Of a stretch of 64,000 bases of DNA, positions 42,101-48,754 are shown one piece after another. The translations under genes were made by a program, and so were the position numbers. How positions within the stretch are numbered: the first letter of the stretch is position 1; every line of letters begins with the position of its first letter. The notes under the pieces are model-generated. The model was not told the origin of the DNA and made no database searches. It saw nothing but the letters and a program-made list of their open reading frames with translations. Location of the stretch: positions 1-64,000 of the IMG/VR virus record IMGVR_UViG_3300025141_016306. One strand, given 5' to 3'. This DNA is from a virus.

Positions 42101-42861
42101 AACCCTTGAAGAGAGTAATTAACCGAATAGTAGTCATAGACCTCTTTGCCGACTTTCTTAGATATTTTTCTTGAACTTTCCTTTTTCATTGTTACGGTTT
42201 GGGGGGGCGCTGTGCTTTGTATCGTCTTTTTCTGTTTTACCGTATTTGTCCGCGGATCGTCCTTCGCGGCTTTCTGAATCTTTTCTTGTTTTTTCTGGTT
42301 GGTGGCAGCCTCTGCATATTGACCAGCGTCGGAAGGGTTGTTCTCAAGCAGCGCTTTCTTATTCCAATATCTCATGAAAACGGCTGGTAAAATAGACACT
42401 TCGTACATGATATCAGAAGGCGTGATGCCGGGGTGAACCGGCGCAATCTTTTGAAGATTTAGTATGCTGGAGGCCGCTTTAAGGTCGTTGAATGCGGCGG
42501 TTGTGAGTTTCTTTTTAGATTTGGCTTTCAAATAGTTGCCATCGATCAAATCAAGAATGAATTTTTCCAACACCATTTCGATACGGCCATATTCCCCTTC
42601 TGTCGGGCTCGTGTCAATTTTTGATGCTTTATCATAATCTTTTTGATCAAATTCAAGGACTCCCAACATAATGAAGGGAGTCGGCTTTTTAAGCCCTCCT
42701 GACCAGCCTTTGCCCTCGGTGTATCCTACGTCATACTCGGATCGCCAAAGTTGCTTATAAAAAGGAAAATTGTGGAACCGATTGTTCTGCGCAAACACCG
42801 CGAAAGCCTCAAATTTGGGCTCGCGGCTGGCTGCATACATTTTTATTACAGGAGGTTTCAT
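33163..42861 (-). CDS. Giant (3232 aa) hypothetical, largely helical protein in the baseplate-hub region
   Basis: Uninterrupted ORF between the gp5-like and gp25-like genes; coiled-coil segments, Pro/Glu-rich tail; no motif recognised. Confidence 0.75.
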   Translation of the reverse strand: MKPPVIKMYAASREPKFEAFAVFAQNNRFHNFPFYKQLWRSEYDVGYTEGKGWSGGLKKPTPFIMLGVLEFDQKDYDKASKIDTSPTEGEYGRIEMVLEKFILDLIDGNYLKAKSKKKLTTAAFNDLKAASSILNLQKIAPVHPGITPSDIMYEVSILPAVFMRYWNKKALLENNPSDAGQYAEAATNQKKQEKIQKAAKDDPRTNTVKQKKTIQSTAPPQTVTMKKESSRKISKKVGKEVYDYYSVNYSLQGLKAYADLATKVLTDLDNRIRAYGIKLEKPLNLQLQIDRLVALQTDIGTVVRNALPAGASGKPKIPPSTMINFKFDMSFSLTDLKVGSHRHPGAPIAVFEPKDSKKTWEWQRLSAGAWKSEEEFAQSLRQDSLVNHRLFLNPTTNALIVHLKEIFAKYTVTANSPFKKPEDCEKFLRKYIYPMPYFTHSAVTKTIIEEFLIGDVRLLDDDFYKKTRPSKASINEMAKQNARAEVATQYEKIGDVLGDNFMMGKFENIDDIDDLYKSVLNHISIPHLIKMSAQCLMQLLGIDELKRQFCRSAIMKYRSYQDEIVDAVAKQGPQGQAIAAKLSAAMETLDKGLQDGVASAAAWGAKKIGESISVGNQLSTWQKKENLELFLVDLNEQWAAKRAQAARQDKPADDSFVSPNLDNKIARKAKRVQALEARITEQQEREKLLGKNKVPPNERHLLETYQAELSELTGEIDELEEASGAIQKQVDAYEFLINTFIPILATVNPFSEAPPGVALSQTNEVGAIERFLKLGDGGASSHRAITTFGPEVLTKYNDAKKTLGLTGYWTGLKKKERQKHFQNDLRPLCGLILAHIEKIDTGAMATFKKSFEMKGGKQAAEGVLDDLFNDPDDGLLICAAIFAIVPAALYALYYLISNAEEVAKKIGEDAEKVAEAAERRVEMFLQTDFPVLDILEGFKEALYDLAMNLVRDLIVNGIMYIMRSLMSACSDSEKANAPETPLGKIDLSEFMNASARSGSVKNSKGFIEISAATKLTLAEYKKLLADISAAFTINEMVALLRQTGSNRLHYKLLDLLKSLQYLQGTQFYEYYVNENGVYAFVEMLAKDIDPALLIAARNAYDRQRKIILNLCGATNEDIKKLELSKYMTPEELMKAMSDADANRRSLLNQALNNVGDILGGPMTPTQTCSDDDNDESKPSIDPYHESQKFASAQAANAIFGNLENVFEIEISRIKDIYRDLYGFIGEQGGISVVPPYNANRIAGPDSDDDEIEAMRIALLPTAERRNSGIAASRLQSAIISMLNPEDAAAKTAFFTASPDGKRIMFSFDPSALPDGMDIDRRIQFFYANTPFPAIAPLLQTTLTMQVGSYVFQDPQVSQFQYLLDSETGWDDEEAQKWGFAIAASVHQIWYGKNFVLMGIADQDSSCVRRWENAKLIVDASSVPGSPPSDTEKIRKAMHMHLDPKKQVEALNQSTQTYYNVTVDVPLDEYVPTATQISDFQESLPTLQTEYKQKFAACANKLAVNPASKWGSVLYPEDSTAVTGITYEDWPVMLEIYDQVKAWINTGPLDIEYFEGMGSPYSDTLWEAIRRKKIKEERWAKMNAVCLYLHNQSESWLPGAPSKAEVAAEAAAESAAALAEDAVAELDLYFPESNQANLVLSVLGAEGSSVYTYATEKPPVLEHFQSKYVSGSFYAGRRMSDSTNTHSINLEKFVRDNDLYMSALNDMFHDLLTSTSRNGLFLDVRQQQGQPINLNLQIFEKLRLTKAIPQTAAGECFLGFFNHKVLNAQVQNLTDALKCVNPMAVQKNATNLAYIKIALDCVVRSIVVKEVMKSLFIFGFANTEGQYATEMAKSVAGSPLKRQAFFDVYLFEEIERALQRQFKTVAGSGIDDFYTEIMEEFIRDISRIVYMDETMSTRTALDILIHEQVQYVKNMLFKGMPEELDNTPGYFDRRLVQQVAITDPGTKAGTTANETHLKLLDVIEKSDQLKVLQNEQLTSYLNGMGDAWEIDLTVPLEDGHGGAYALHTGTKSPYAEELGSFELEASELLDTVLDEGAFGGLWADIGDAMEAVADSTSKDLTEEGGVGLSAWHHEETMLFFDLIDETAGQTKTSNQFTFQRRHHEPMRNFSANPPTAIKTNDLEKALGGVNSGFVTEKLVELNYRQNFFTKLTEKQRNLLRNEFAMWESAAVSNQALPRKQVANFLNETKLILLFPQIRPLLHKDYTLIETNGSIESDRHYYTPLGSAWNYAQGGLAGGRWENAFEPLREHSLFWKVFRYNFDPDFTDDDKVALMKQYPEMEWAMTGKIYINDFETMVSQFLYPWRAGKGVDAAGVAHAPDLFRTHSTAWKFRDAYANGFTLSDIGSLLPRKQDIVGAVGMGTNILDPSFAAANANSETQALYTLLFQQYGDEALHSAQTDKDRSWWKYLSDEEKNKIESIPGLEHHTRVNFFTWFLSQPVNDILEIKFTTRVAQYVSEIDRPDIRDNFDASALGADLAGAVDEKSSAELAMFLLREKTGKVDLIDSRTTIDGGKPHRYVTFPVYTVQTQIAPDFQSNWFDFAYKIYKKNTQSAQETYKHPTWNDFFSEAKMKSIGIEKTDYEDFKNIYDTYSAANYKENPRGDVSFEWPWLFGVEWKWHDQRKDNDATGVHMDILNSVTRRGPYGYSDVIRKLDWPRGRQITRWAEKTKWREVAYSKTSGWGPAKSSSTADFHLAPSHDAGGHYDGGYRGYHRFTQWWWRHWLHIVDEGKLNNLCFFNDDVIRASANGAATGYDGSKSAKKEAIFKNMKTAYLAALGKTLYGKESFDFLKPHAVQIISYLQTLNINGLNGWIDEQLAMIEHVGAHGVSAAKIAPWYPGDGEGNEPGQTGYNGYDFTIHQHVYAKVVQDFLYQLSLNEFGEELMKVALPDFADPKANWGSADLCAKIRPGAQWETWKDLDDEEVTSLTAYNELQYIKKSDWSTTGTGGNAWDANVGGGADLLTWKSNTLAEFFGFQNAEGTLLDVLGNTRVYPYEYNAPAFDQIADIKDVLFDKNEIKKDIYTLTAKFADKKVGPEEFMGKMIEGAPCEKREFFTKLLQSFFVKEQSTILTLMFRILLEKYYPAVEYNFDGTTAAATETLLSAVAVATGDYQRTPAAGDGSPAFNIDLGAIGLGILKSFLGAMANTVDPFWKTPWIWKGGPGPFTPIGVAAKLLNGYNPNFSSAQDMRVEPPSCDHLVAGEAKQIKYGPLLLPPSTETPPEPPNETPPPTAEET

Positions 42862-42877
42862 TTTTTATTCCTTCGAA

Positions 42878-44392
42878 TTAATTGGTTCTATTCTTCTCGC
42901 TAAGAATGCTGTAGGCTCCGATCTTCTCTAGTGCGTTGAAATCATTATTAATTCTATTAAAAGTTTGGCTTATTGCGCCTTGCATTTGCTGTAGACCCTC
43001 TAGAAGAACTTTGGCGCCGCCCATCATCCCGCCTTGAGACGGTAGGTTTTGACCGCCCAAGACGGCCGTTGGGTTGCCAGTGCCCATCGTGCCGAGCAAA
43101 ATTGTAAAAGGATCATAATGGCGGTGCATGGCCATTTGCCCATTAAACACTCCTTGCGCAGTAATATGCTGATATACCACAGACGAGAGATTGTCGACGA
43201 CCTTGGAGAGGGATTTTAAATATTGCAGCAAATTATAGCCCTTTACGAGCGGCTGCAAGTCTCTGTCGTTATTGCCGGCGATTAAATCGATGCCGTAGTG
43301 CGCAGCAATATCACCTCCTCTAGAATTTGTAGAGTTTGTTCCGGTGATCAAGCGGATACCGGATTCGCGAGACATCAAAACAACGTCATCGGCTTTGATA
43401 GCTGCTAAAGATTGGGGTCGGCGTTTGCCGGCAACCTTTTTATAAGTGCCACCGGTAACGCCGAGCAGTGTTTTTGAATCTGACTTCTGAGATAGATAAA
43501 CGTATGCAGCATCTTCTTTCAAGTTGTTAGGGGTCCGTAAAACAATATCATCTCCGGCTGGTTCGCCGGCTTCTTCGGTTCCGGCATCCGTGCTTTTGCC
43601 GGCATAGAGATAACATGAACCGCAACTGGTGTGACCTTTAAAGCGATATATTTCGTCGCGACTTACTTGTAGGCCGGCGTTTGCCTCTCCGGATACCAAT
43701 TTGTCTCCAGGGTAGAGCATGGGCACAGGAACTTTTTCGATTAAGCGGTCCCCGTTGATTCCGTCGAATTTGGAAGAAACATCGGATGGGAGACCCCCAA
43801 TTTGGGCTTTTTGACGCTCCGTTAGATTTTTTTCTTGTACCGCGCGGTTTTTCTTATCACTAGGCTTTGTCGAGGAACGGGCCTGCGCGGCGGGGTTGAA
43901 ACTGCTCGCTCCGGGATCGCTGACGGCGGTGCTTATATCCTCGTCCGCCGCGTCGGCGGGCAATTTTACGAAGCGCTCATTGTATTCTTCCAGCCGTTGT
44001 TGGGCCGCGGCCCTTCTTTGGGCCGCAAAAGCCTTAAAATCTTCTTCCTGTTGTTGGATTATGTCGGCGATGGCCGCGGTGTCATATTTAAATATAGAAT
44101 CATATTGTGTGTTGATTTCCTCAACGTTCGCCAAGCGATAATTCAGACTCAGCGTATAATCCAGGAACTCTTTTTTGAATTCTTTCTTGCCGGCGGCACC
44201 GCTAAATCTTGAAGGTATGATATCTTCTTCGCGGTTGTAGATCTCGTCGAGCAAGTTAACAAAAGCTGCGCGGTCGTTGGGAAGAAGGAAGTACTTCTTC
44301 TCCTGCGATGCAAGGTCATGATTAATATTAAAAATTATATTTAAATTATTCTGTCCTACTTTTTCTGCTTCGCAGTCTAATATTAAAGTCAT
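42878..44392 (-). CDS. Baseplate spike-related protein (gp5 C-terminal beta-helix-like)
   Basis: DAAYVYLSQKSD...AAIKADDVVLMSRESGIRLITG...IDLIAGN...LQPLVKG repeats, and a late HRH motif like the metal-binding tip of spikes. Confidence 0.6.
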   Translation of the reverse strand: MTLILDCEAEKVGQNNLNIIFNINHDLASQEKKYFLLPNDRAAFVNLLDEIYNREEDIIPSRFSGAAGKKEFKKEFLDYTLSLNYRLANVEEINTQYDSIFKYDTAAIADIIQQQEEDFKAFAAQRRAAAQQRLEEYNERFVKLPADAADEDISTAVSDPGASSFNPAAQARSSTKPSDKKNRAVQEKNLTERQKAQIGGLPSDVSSKFDGINGDRLIEKVPVPMLYPGDKLVSGEANAGLQVSRDEIYRFKGHTSCGSCYLYAGKSTDAGTEEAGEPAGDDIVLRTPNNLKEDAAYVYLSQKSDSKTLLGVTGGTYKKVAGKRRPQSLAAIKADDVVLMSRESGIRLITGTNSTNSRGGDIAAHYGIDLIAGNNDRDLQPLVKGYNLLQYLKSLSKVVDNLSSVVYQHITAQGVFNGQMAMHRHYDPFTILLGTMGTGNPTAVLGGQNLPSQGGMMGGAKVLLEGLQQMQGAISQTFNRINNDFNALEKIGAYSILSEKNRTN

Positions 44393-44404
44393 AATGGATT
44401 AATC

Positions 44405-45898
44405 CTACAGAAATACGCCGTGGCCCGGCTTTGGACCCGTCGATGCAAGACCCAAGAGGATTGGACCACTCGGTATCGTGCGGCTCGGGTATTTACCGGT
44501 AGAAACCCATTTGGCGGCTAATTGATTCATATTGTCCAGCACGCGATTATAGGCTGCGGCGTGGGACAACCCTTTCACCATGCGCAGCCACAGATAATAT
44601 ACCGTTACGCGGCCATCAGATTTAGCGGCAAGTTGGCCGTGAGCCACAATGCCGGTAGAATTCGCGGGCGCTTTGCCAAAATACATCCCTCCACTTCTGA
44701 CACCTGGAAACTTTAGGGGAATATTTGGCTTGGCTTTTCGGATGGCCTTGACGGTGTTGTATGCAGCTTTCATGGCTATGGCGTTGGGGATAACCAGTTG
44801 TTTGCCCCAGCCAAAGGGAAAAAACGCAACGCGCTGGTTTTTGGGGTCCCTCAATCCGTCGCTCTTTTTTGGCATTGAGGGTGCCTTTTTCATTCCTGGT
44901 TTATAGGAGGTCTTCGTCCATTGGCACCGTACGGCCATATCTATGCCGATTGAGCGCGGATTCCAGTTCCCAGCATGCCAGGTTTGACGATCTATAGAAA
45001 CATATTGTTTCACATTCCCATTGGCGCTTATGCTGAGATGCGTTCCTAATCCTCTGTTGTTCAACACCCTCACCATTCCCTCTGCTGTGGACGTGCAAGA
45101 ATCATGAATAATGATAAGATCAATGTTCCTTCGTCTTTTAGAACTTCCGAACCTCTTCTCTTTCGTTATCCACGAAGCTAAAACTTCCGGGATTTCGTGC
45201 GTTGTTATCTCCGCAACTGTTGGGTGGGGCTTTTCTTTGGGGGTTGATGCTGCCTCTCTCTTTGCTTTGGCGGCCGCTTTGGCTTTCTCTTCCGCTGACG
45301 GCGCAGGATCTAACTCTGGGGCGCCCCAGCCGGCTGAAGTAGGAGCGCGGGGACCCTCCCCGTCATTAGCCGCTTTGCTAACATCCGGATCGTCATGAGG
45401 ATTATCCGGGTTGTCGGTGCCCGCGGGACTGGGAGTAAGAAGACTTATTATACGTATTAATTTGGGCGCTGAAAAATTGGCACTATCGCCGAAGGACACC
45501 TCCACCTCGGAACCGGCCGGGATAGAATCTAGCGCCGTGTGGGTAAGAGGGTCTTTAAGCACGTCGTCCTCAGACGTAAATGCAGGGTACGACATCATAC
45601 GTGCAAAGTCGCGCGGCGATTCTGGTAGCGGCAGAAGGGCATGCAACTCAGGTATTCGGGCTAATACTCGCACCGACGTTTTATCCTCAACCTTGATTGA
45701 GGGAAGCTGTGCCAATACGATGGCCGTGTACTTAGTCTGTGACTTTAATTTGTTGGGTTCAAAAGTGTCAATCATCGCCTTGCGAAGTTGATTTATCGAA
45801 CCCTCCAGTTTGGGATCAAAAAGAATGCGCTCCGACTGGAATTTCGCTATATTGTTGTTCACCGTCTGATTATATATGCTTTCTAATTCCTTGGCCAT
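44405..45898 (-). CDS. Tail-associated N-acetylmuramoyl-L-alanine amidase (Amidase_2) with gp5-OB-like N-terminal domain
   Basis: IDLIIIHDS, LGTHLSI...G, TWHAGNWNPRSIGID, VAHGQL...KSDG. N-terminal VRVLARIPELH...IPAGSEVEVSFGD resembles the gp5 OB fold; Pro/Ala/Asp-rich linker. Confidence 0.8.
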   Translation of the reverse strand: MAKELESIYNQTVNNNIAKFQSERILFDPKLEGSINQLRKAMIDTFEPNKLKSQTKYTAIVLAQLPSIKVEDKTSVRVLARIPELHALLPLPESPRDFARMMSYPAFTSEDDVLKDPLTHTALDSIPAGSEVEVSFGDSANFSAPKLIRIISLLTPSPAGTDNPDNPHDDPDVSKAANDGEGPRAPTSAGWGAPELDPAPSAEEKAKAAAKAKREAASTPKEKPHPTVAEITTHEIPEVLASWITKEKRFGSSKRRRNIDLIIIHDSCTSTAEGMVRVLNNRGLGTHLSISANGNVKQYVSIDRQTWHAGNWNPRSIGIDMAVRCQWTKTSYKPGMKKAPSMPKKSDGLRDPKNQRVAFFPFGWGKQLVIPNAIAMKAAYNTVKAIRKAKPNIPLKFPGVRSGGMYFGKAPANSTGIVAHGQLAAKSDGRVTVYYLWLRMVKGLSHAAAYNRVLDNMNQLAAKWVSTGKYPSRTIPSGPILLGLASTGPKPGHGVFL

Positions 45899-46203
45899 TA
45901 CTTCTTATCTCCCTGAATCATATCGAGAAGTTTTTCTTTATCGGTCTCGCCTAATGAAGCTGGTTCTGATCGATTTTTATTAATTATAGAGGTGAGCTTG
46001 ACAAGCTGCTCGTTCGAGCGCTGAAGGGTCTCCACATATTTCGAGGCAATAAGCCCCAAGTTTTTGTGGGTTTCAATATCGTTATTTTTCTTTAGCTCTT
46101 GGAATAAATCCGTCAAGAGCGCGGAAGTAATTGCGCGGTCGTTGCGAATATTGGAAATCGCTTCACCCACATATTCTTCTAGATCTTTTATATCTCGTCC
46201 CAT
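45898..46203 (-). CDS. Hypothetical helical phage protein
   Basis: 101 aa, translationally coupled to both neighbours. Confidence 0.65.
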   Translation of the reverse strand: MGRDIKDLEEYVGEAISNIRNDRAITSALLTDLFQELKKNNDIETHKNLGLIASKYVETLQRSNEQLVKLTSIINKNRSEPASLGETDKEKLLDMIQGDKK

Positions 46204-46880
46204 CCCTTTTTAAACTCTCTATACCTTTTTCTTATACGATTCAAAGAACTTACAACTTGTTTGGTATTCAAGCCGGTGATCTCGCGTATGTATAGATAAA
46301 TAGCCTTTTTATTGAAAATTTCTATTTTTTCAGCGTCATCAAAAAGCACTTGAATTGCCTGTACTGTTTTCTTTTCATTGGGCTTTAGGGGAAGCGTGTG
46401 CCATGAGTCGATTTCCTTCTTTAGATTCAAAAAAAATTCTAATTTAATGCTGTCTTCAATGATTGTATTTTGTTCGACCAAGGACGGATCTGTTTTTTCG
46501 TCTCCTGATCTTTTATCGATATAGAAGTCTTCCAGCAAAATCTCTTTGCGTGCCTTTTTACTCGTTTTTTTAACCTGGGCGATAAACCAGTTTTTCGTAA
46601 CCACGCTAAAATATGTAAAAGCTTTGGAACCCTTGTTGGGGTCATATTTATTTAAAATTGTAATGAGCCAGTTTTTACAGTCATCTCGCAGGGCGTCACA
46701 ATTGGGTAAAGTGTTGAACTTATAAGTGAAAACAATTTTATCTACCATCTCGTCAAAGACGGGGCCTATAAACTCTTTATATAGGTCATTTCTAATTTTC
46801 GAATCTTCAGTGTTACAGTATCCCACAATCGCGTCTTCATGATCTTGTGTGAAATAATAATTTTTGCGGTTACTCGCCAT
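46188..46880 (-). CDS. Phage late-transcription sigma factor (T4 gp55-like)
   Basis: YYFT..HEDAI, KYDPNKGSKAFTYFSVVTKNWFI (sigma region-2-like, cf. gp55 AFAYFT); start moved to MASNRK at 46880. Confidence 0.75.
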   Translation of the reverse strand: MASNRKNYYFTQDHEDAIVGYCNTEDSKIRNDLYKEFIGPVFDEMVDKIVFTYKFNTLPNCDALRDDCKNWLITILNKYDPNKGSKAFTYFSVVTKNWFIAQVKKTSKKARKEILLEDFYIDKRSGDEKTDPSLVEQNTIIEDSIKLEFFLNLKKEIDSWHTLPLKPNEKKTVQAIQVLFDDAEKIEIFNKKAIYLYIREITGLNTKQVVSSLNRIRKRYREFKKGWDEI

Positions 46881-47196
46881 AATTTGTTTCTTCCTCTGGT
46901 TCTTCTTCTTGAATCTCATCGGTTTCAGTCAAATAAAACTCCTTGAAGCTGTCGCATTCGGCGGCGATACCCTTAGAATGCTCTAAAAGATTTCCGAGTG
47001 TGGGATCTCCCAAAAAGTTCTCCATATTATATACGATATCAACATGCTCAGCGTATTCTTGGATTTTATCCATAAAGCCATCTAGCTGGTCTTGGAAATG
47101 AAGGAAGCGCTTGAGAAGTTGTATAATGTACCACATAAGTACAAAATTCAACAGTCCCGACACGACAAGCAATATTGCAGTAACATCTATAATCAT
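46870..47196 (-). CDS. Hypothetical single-TM protein
   Basis: N-terminal hydrophobic helix, acidic C-terminus; ATGA overlap. Confidence 0.65.
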   Translation of the reverse strand: MIIDVTAILLVVSGLLNFVLMWYIIQLLKRFLHFQDQLDGFMDKIQEYAEHVDIVYNMENFLGDPTLGNLLEHSKGIAAECDSFKEFYLTETDEIQEEEPEEETNYGE

Positions 47197-47441
47197 CTTT
47201 TTTCCTTAAGCTCCTCGATTTGAGTCTTCAAATCATCTTTGGAGTTCTCAATGAACTCTTTGGTTACGTCCCCTACCTTTGCTGCGGCATGCTTTTGTTT
47301 TGAAAGATTGGTGAAGGTGGAGACCTTTCTCTCTATGGTATTCGAACCGCATAAAGTGCAACATTCACAGGTTTCGGACATACCATGTCGCACTTTGAAG
47401 ACTTCTTCACAAGTAGCGCACTCATAGAGATAAATAGGCAT
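47193..47441 (-). CDS. FmdB-family zinc-ribbon protein
   Basis: MPIYLYECATC...H...CTLCGS signature. Confidence 0.85.
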   Translation of the reverse strand: MPIYLYECATCEEVFKVRHGMSETCECCTLCGSNTIERKVSTFTNLSKQKHAAAKVGDVTKEFIENSKDDLKTQIEELKEKR

Positions 47442-47684
47442 TTAAGCGCTCTCAGATGTTGCATTCTGTTGTGTCGATTCCCCTTCTTCCGTCTCATCCT
47501 CAAAATCCACTACTTCCTCATTATATTTAACCAAAGGTGGGTTTAGAACCACCAAACCTTCGTCCGAAAGTTTAACTCTAAAGCCCTCAAAAACTGGTAC
47601 AATGTCTGTTTGTTCCATTAGGCTCTTTTGTAGTGCCATCATGATGGCCCCAATCGCTTGTTTTGATAAATTCATTTCACTCAT
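47442..47684 (-). CDS. Hypothetical phage protein
   Basis: 80 aa, SD AAGGAG, abuts both neighbours. Confidence 0.65.
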   Translation of the reverse strand: MSEMNLSKQAIGAIMMALQKSLMEQTDIVPVFEGFRVKLSDEGLVVLNPPLVKYNEEVVDFEDETEEGESTQQNATSESA

Positions 47685-47685
47685 T

Positions 47686-48045
47686 TTAATCTCCTTTTAT
47701 AATTCTATAGCTATCCGAATCAAAATGTTGAGTAGAAAATTCGAATAACTCAGTGTCTTCTAGTGCGACCATTTGGTGGCGTAAACCGCGGTAAACATGG
47801 AAACTGTCGCCTTTTTCCAATATAAGCTCATTAGCTTCTGCAAGGTCATCATCGTCGGAATATTTAACTACAAGCTTTCCAGACTGAATGTAAAATACCT
47901 CGTCTTTGAGCTTGTGGTGATGCCACGAGCATCGTCGACCCTTCACAAAATATAGCAGCTTTCCGCAATATTCTTCACAGTTGACGATCCACTTTTCAAA
48001 GCCCCAGCCCTTGGGAACTAACTTAGTTTCTAAAGAAGTCTTCAT
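47686..48045 (-). CDS. Cupin, sugar(-phosphate) isomerase-like (KGWGxE family)
   Basis: VPKGWGFEKWIVN...CSWHHHKLKDEVFY...RHQM cupin metal ligands. Confidence 0.8.
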   Translation of the reverse strand: MKTSLETKLVPKGWGFEKWIVNCEEYCGKLLYFVKGRRCSWHHHKLKDEVFYIQSGKLVVKYSDDDDLAEANELILEKGDSFHVYRGLRHQMVALEDTELFEFSTQHFDSDSYRIIKGD

Positions 48046-48754
48046 GGTTTATTCCCTTGTCGTCGATGTAATGATCTCCGGCTGGTTTGCCTAGGATCAA
48101 TCGGTGGTGTTTGATGCCCCATGAGTCGACCTGTTGCAAGGTCATATCAAAAAACATGCGAATGGCTTCTTTGGATTGATTGGCTGTGCGCCCCATTCCG
48201 CGAGCAGTAAATAGTATTATTGTATGACCTTCATCATATAAGCGATTAACTTTTTTTATGCGCGCTTTATGTGGCGACGCGTTTTCATAATTTCCGTCTG
48301 TTAAAGAGCACAAAGTTCCATCAATATCAAAAACATAGGTTTCACCGGTGCCTTCGAACTTTGAGGGGCTTCTTTTTTGATTTTCTAAAATAGAGGTGGT
48401 GGAAAACCCCGTGATATAGTTGAAGATTTGCACATCCGCGATGTCATTTCCAACCACTTCGTGGGGCTTATAATCGCCGCCTTTGACAATTAAGTCGGGC
48501 TGCAGTTCTTTAATCAAGGCGTATGGTGTATCTTCGGAAAACACAATCACGTCATCAACGTATTTGCAAGATCGAAGCATGTATTCTCTATCCTCTTGAG
48601 GGAAGAAGGGGCGGTTTTTTCCTTTTAGCTTGCGCACGCTGCTGTCACTATTAAGCCCTACGACGACTCGGCCGAGTGACTTGCAATGTCTTAAAAGTTC
48701 AACATGGCCTCGATGAAGAATGTCAAAGCACCCATTAGTAAAAATTGTTTTCAT
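48023..48754 (-). CDS. Heptose-1-phosphate adenylyltransferase (HldE/RfaE domain II) fused to a HAD phosphatase
   Basis: TNGCFDILHRGH, VGLNSDSSV..LKG..RP, VKGGDY, GFSTT; C-terminal VFDIDGTL, FTAR, GKP...YIDDK. Start at ATG 48754 (ATGA overlap). Confidence 0.88.
   Translation of the reverse strand: MKTIFTNGCFDILHRGHVELLRHCKSLGRVVVGLNSDSSVRKLKGKNRPFFPQEDREYMLRSCKYVDDVIVFSEDTPYALIKELQPDLIVKGGDYKPHEVVGNDIADVQIFNYITGFSTTSILENQKRSPSKFEGTGETYVFDIDGTLCSLTDGNYENASPHKARIKKVNRLYDEGHTIILFTARGMGRTANQSKEAIRMFFDMTLQQVDSWGIKHHRLILGKPAGDHYIDDKGINHEDFFRN

Noticed and set aside
8313-45898. Baseplate genes as a bacterial contractile injection system (eCIS/T6SS/tailocin)
   Set aside because: Linked primase, resolvase, gp46/47 and gp55-like sigma factor indicate a replicating phage.
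45898-46203. Terminase small subunit
   Set aside because: Size and helicity fit, but there is no diagnostic motif and no large terminase nearby in the window.
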